Assembly (NCBI RefSeq): GCF_902713615.1
Contig: NC_052156.1
Coordinates: 40,532,776 to 40,596,775, forward strand
Direction of reading: 5' to 3'
Length of the DNA stretch: 64,000 nucleotides
DNA from: Scyliorhinus canicula
Taxonomy: Eukaryota
Shown: positions 63,367-64,000 of the stretch, one piece after another
How the letters are laid out: the number at the start of each line of letters is the position of its first letter
Position numbering within the stretch: the stretch's first letter is position 1
The notes under the pieces: generated by a model
What the model was told of the DNA's origin: nothing
What the model saw: the letters and a program-made list of their open reading frames with translations, nothing else
The model's database searches: none
Made by a program: the position numbers and the translations under genes

Positions 63367-64000
63367 ACATAGAACATAGAACGATACAGCGCAGTACAGG
63401 CCCTTCGGCCCTCGATGTTGCACCGACATGGAAAAAAACTAAAGGCCATCTAACCTACACTATGCCCTTATCATCCATATGCTTATCCAATAAACTTTTA
63501 AATGCCCTCAATGTTGGCGAGTTCACTACTGTTGCAGGTAGGGCATTCCACGGCCTCACCACTCTTTGCGTAAAAAACCCACCTCTGACCTCTGTCCTAT
63601 ATCTATTACCCCTCAATTTAAGGCTATGTCCCCTCGTGCTAGCCACCTCCATCCGCGGGAGAAGGCTCTCGCTGTCCACCCTATCTAACCCTCTTATCAT
63701 TTTGTATGCCTCTATTAAGTCACCTCTTAACCTTCTTCTCTCTAACGAAAACAACCACAAGTCCATCAGCCTTTCCTCATAAGATTTTCCCTCCATACCA
63801 GGCAACATCCTGGTAAATCTCCTCTGCACCCGTTCCAAGGCTTCCACGTCCTTCCTATAATGAGGCGACCAGAACTGTACGCAATACTCCAAATGCGGCC
63901 GTACTAGAGTTTTGTACAACTGCAACATGACCTCATGGCTCCGGAACTCAATCCCTCTACCAATAAAGGCCAACACACCATAGGCCTTCTTCACAACCCT
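63367..64000 (-). mobile_element. CR1 LINE 3' end (ORF2 C-terminus open 63455-64000), nested antisense in another CR1; runs off the window
   Basis: LYKTLVRPHLEYCVQFWSP..LERVQRRFTRM..FFTQRVVRPWNALP, with a (TTCTATG)n tail. Confidence 0.95.

Overview
This is eukaryotic, repeat-dense vertebrate DNA, not prokaryotic. The tRNA-derived HE1/V-SINE family, a Deu-domain SINE and the CR1, L2 and Penelope relics point to a cartilaginous fish, probably a catshark (inference). I cannot support any host gene exon, so the window reads as intronic or intergenic. Main contents: (1) a complete 3.7-kb hAT DNA transposon (1117-4818) with TIRs, a perfect 8-bp TSD and a long uninterrupted transposase frame; (2) a decayed Gypsy gag-pol (about 18.5-21.9 kb), an internally deleted Gypsy element with a tRNA-Leu PBS (36233-37034) and several solo LTRs; (3) relics of two-gene PIF/Harbinger transposons (Myb/SANT-like gene plus HARBI1-type nuclease) and many Harbinger-type MITEs with 3-bp TSDs; (4) L1, Tx1, RTE, CR1, L2 and Penelope fragments and about 20 SINEs; (5) a roughly 3-kb 24-bp minisatellite; (6) two near-perfect local inverted duplications (13.8-14.8 kb and 35.4-36.2 kb), one of which has created a new MITE-like unit inside an older MITE. 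Most ORFs in the supplied track are artefacts of repeats. I did not find a demonstrably new biological system. The best leads are listed as findings.
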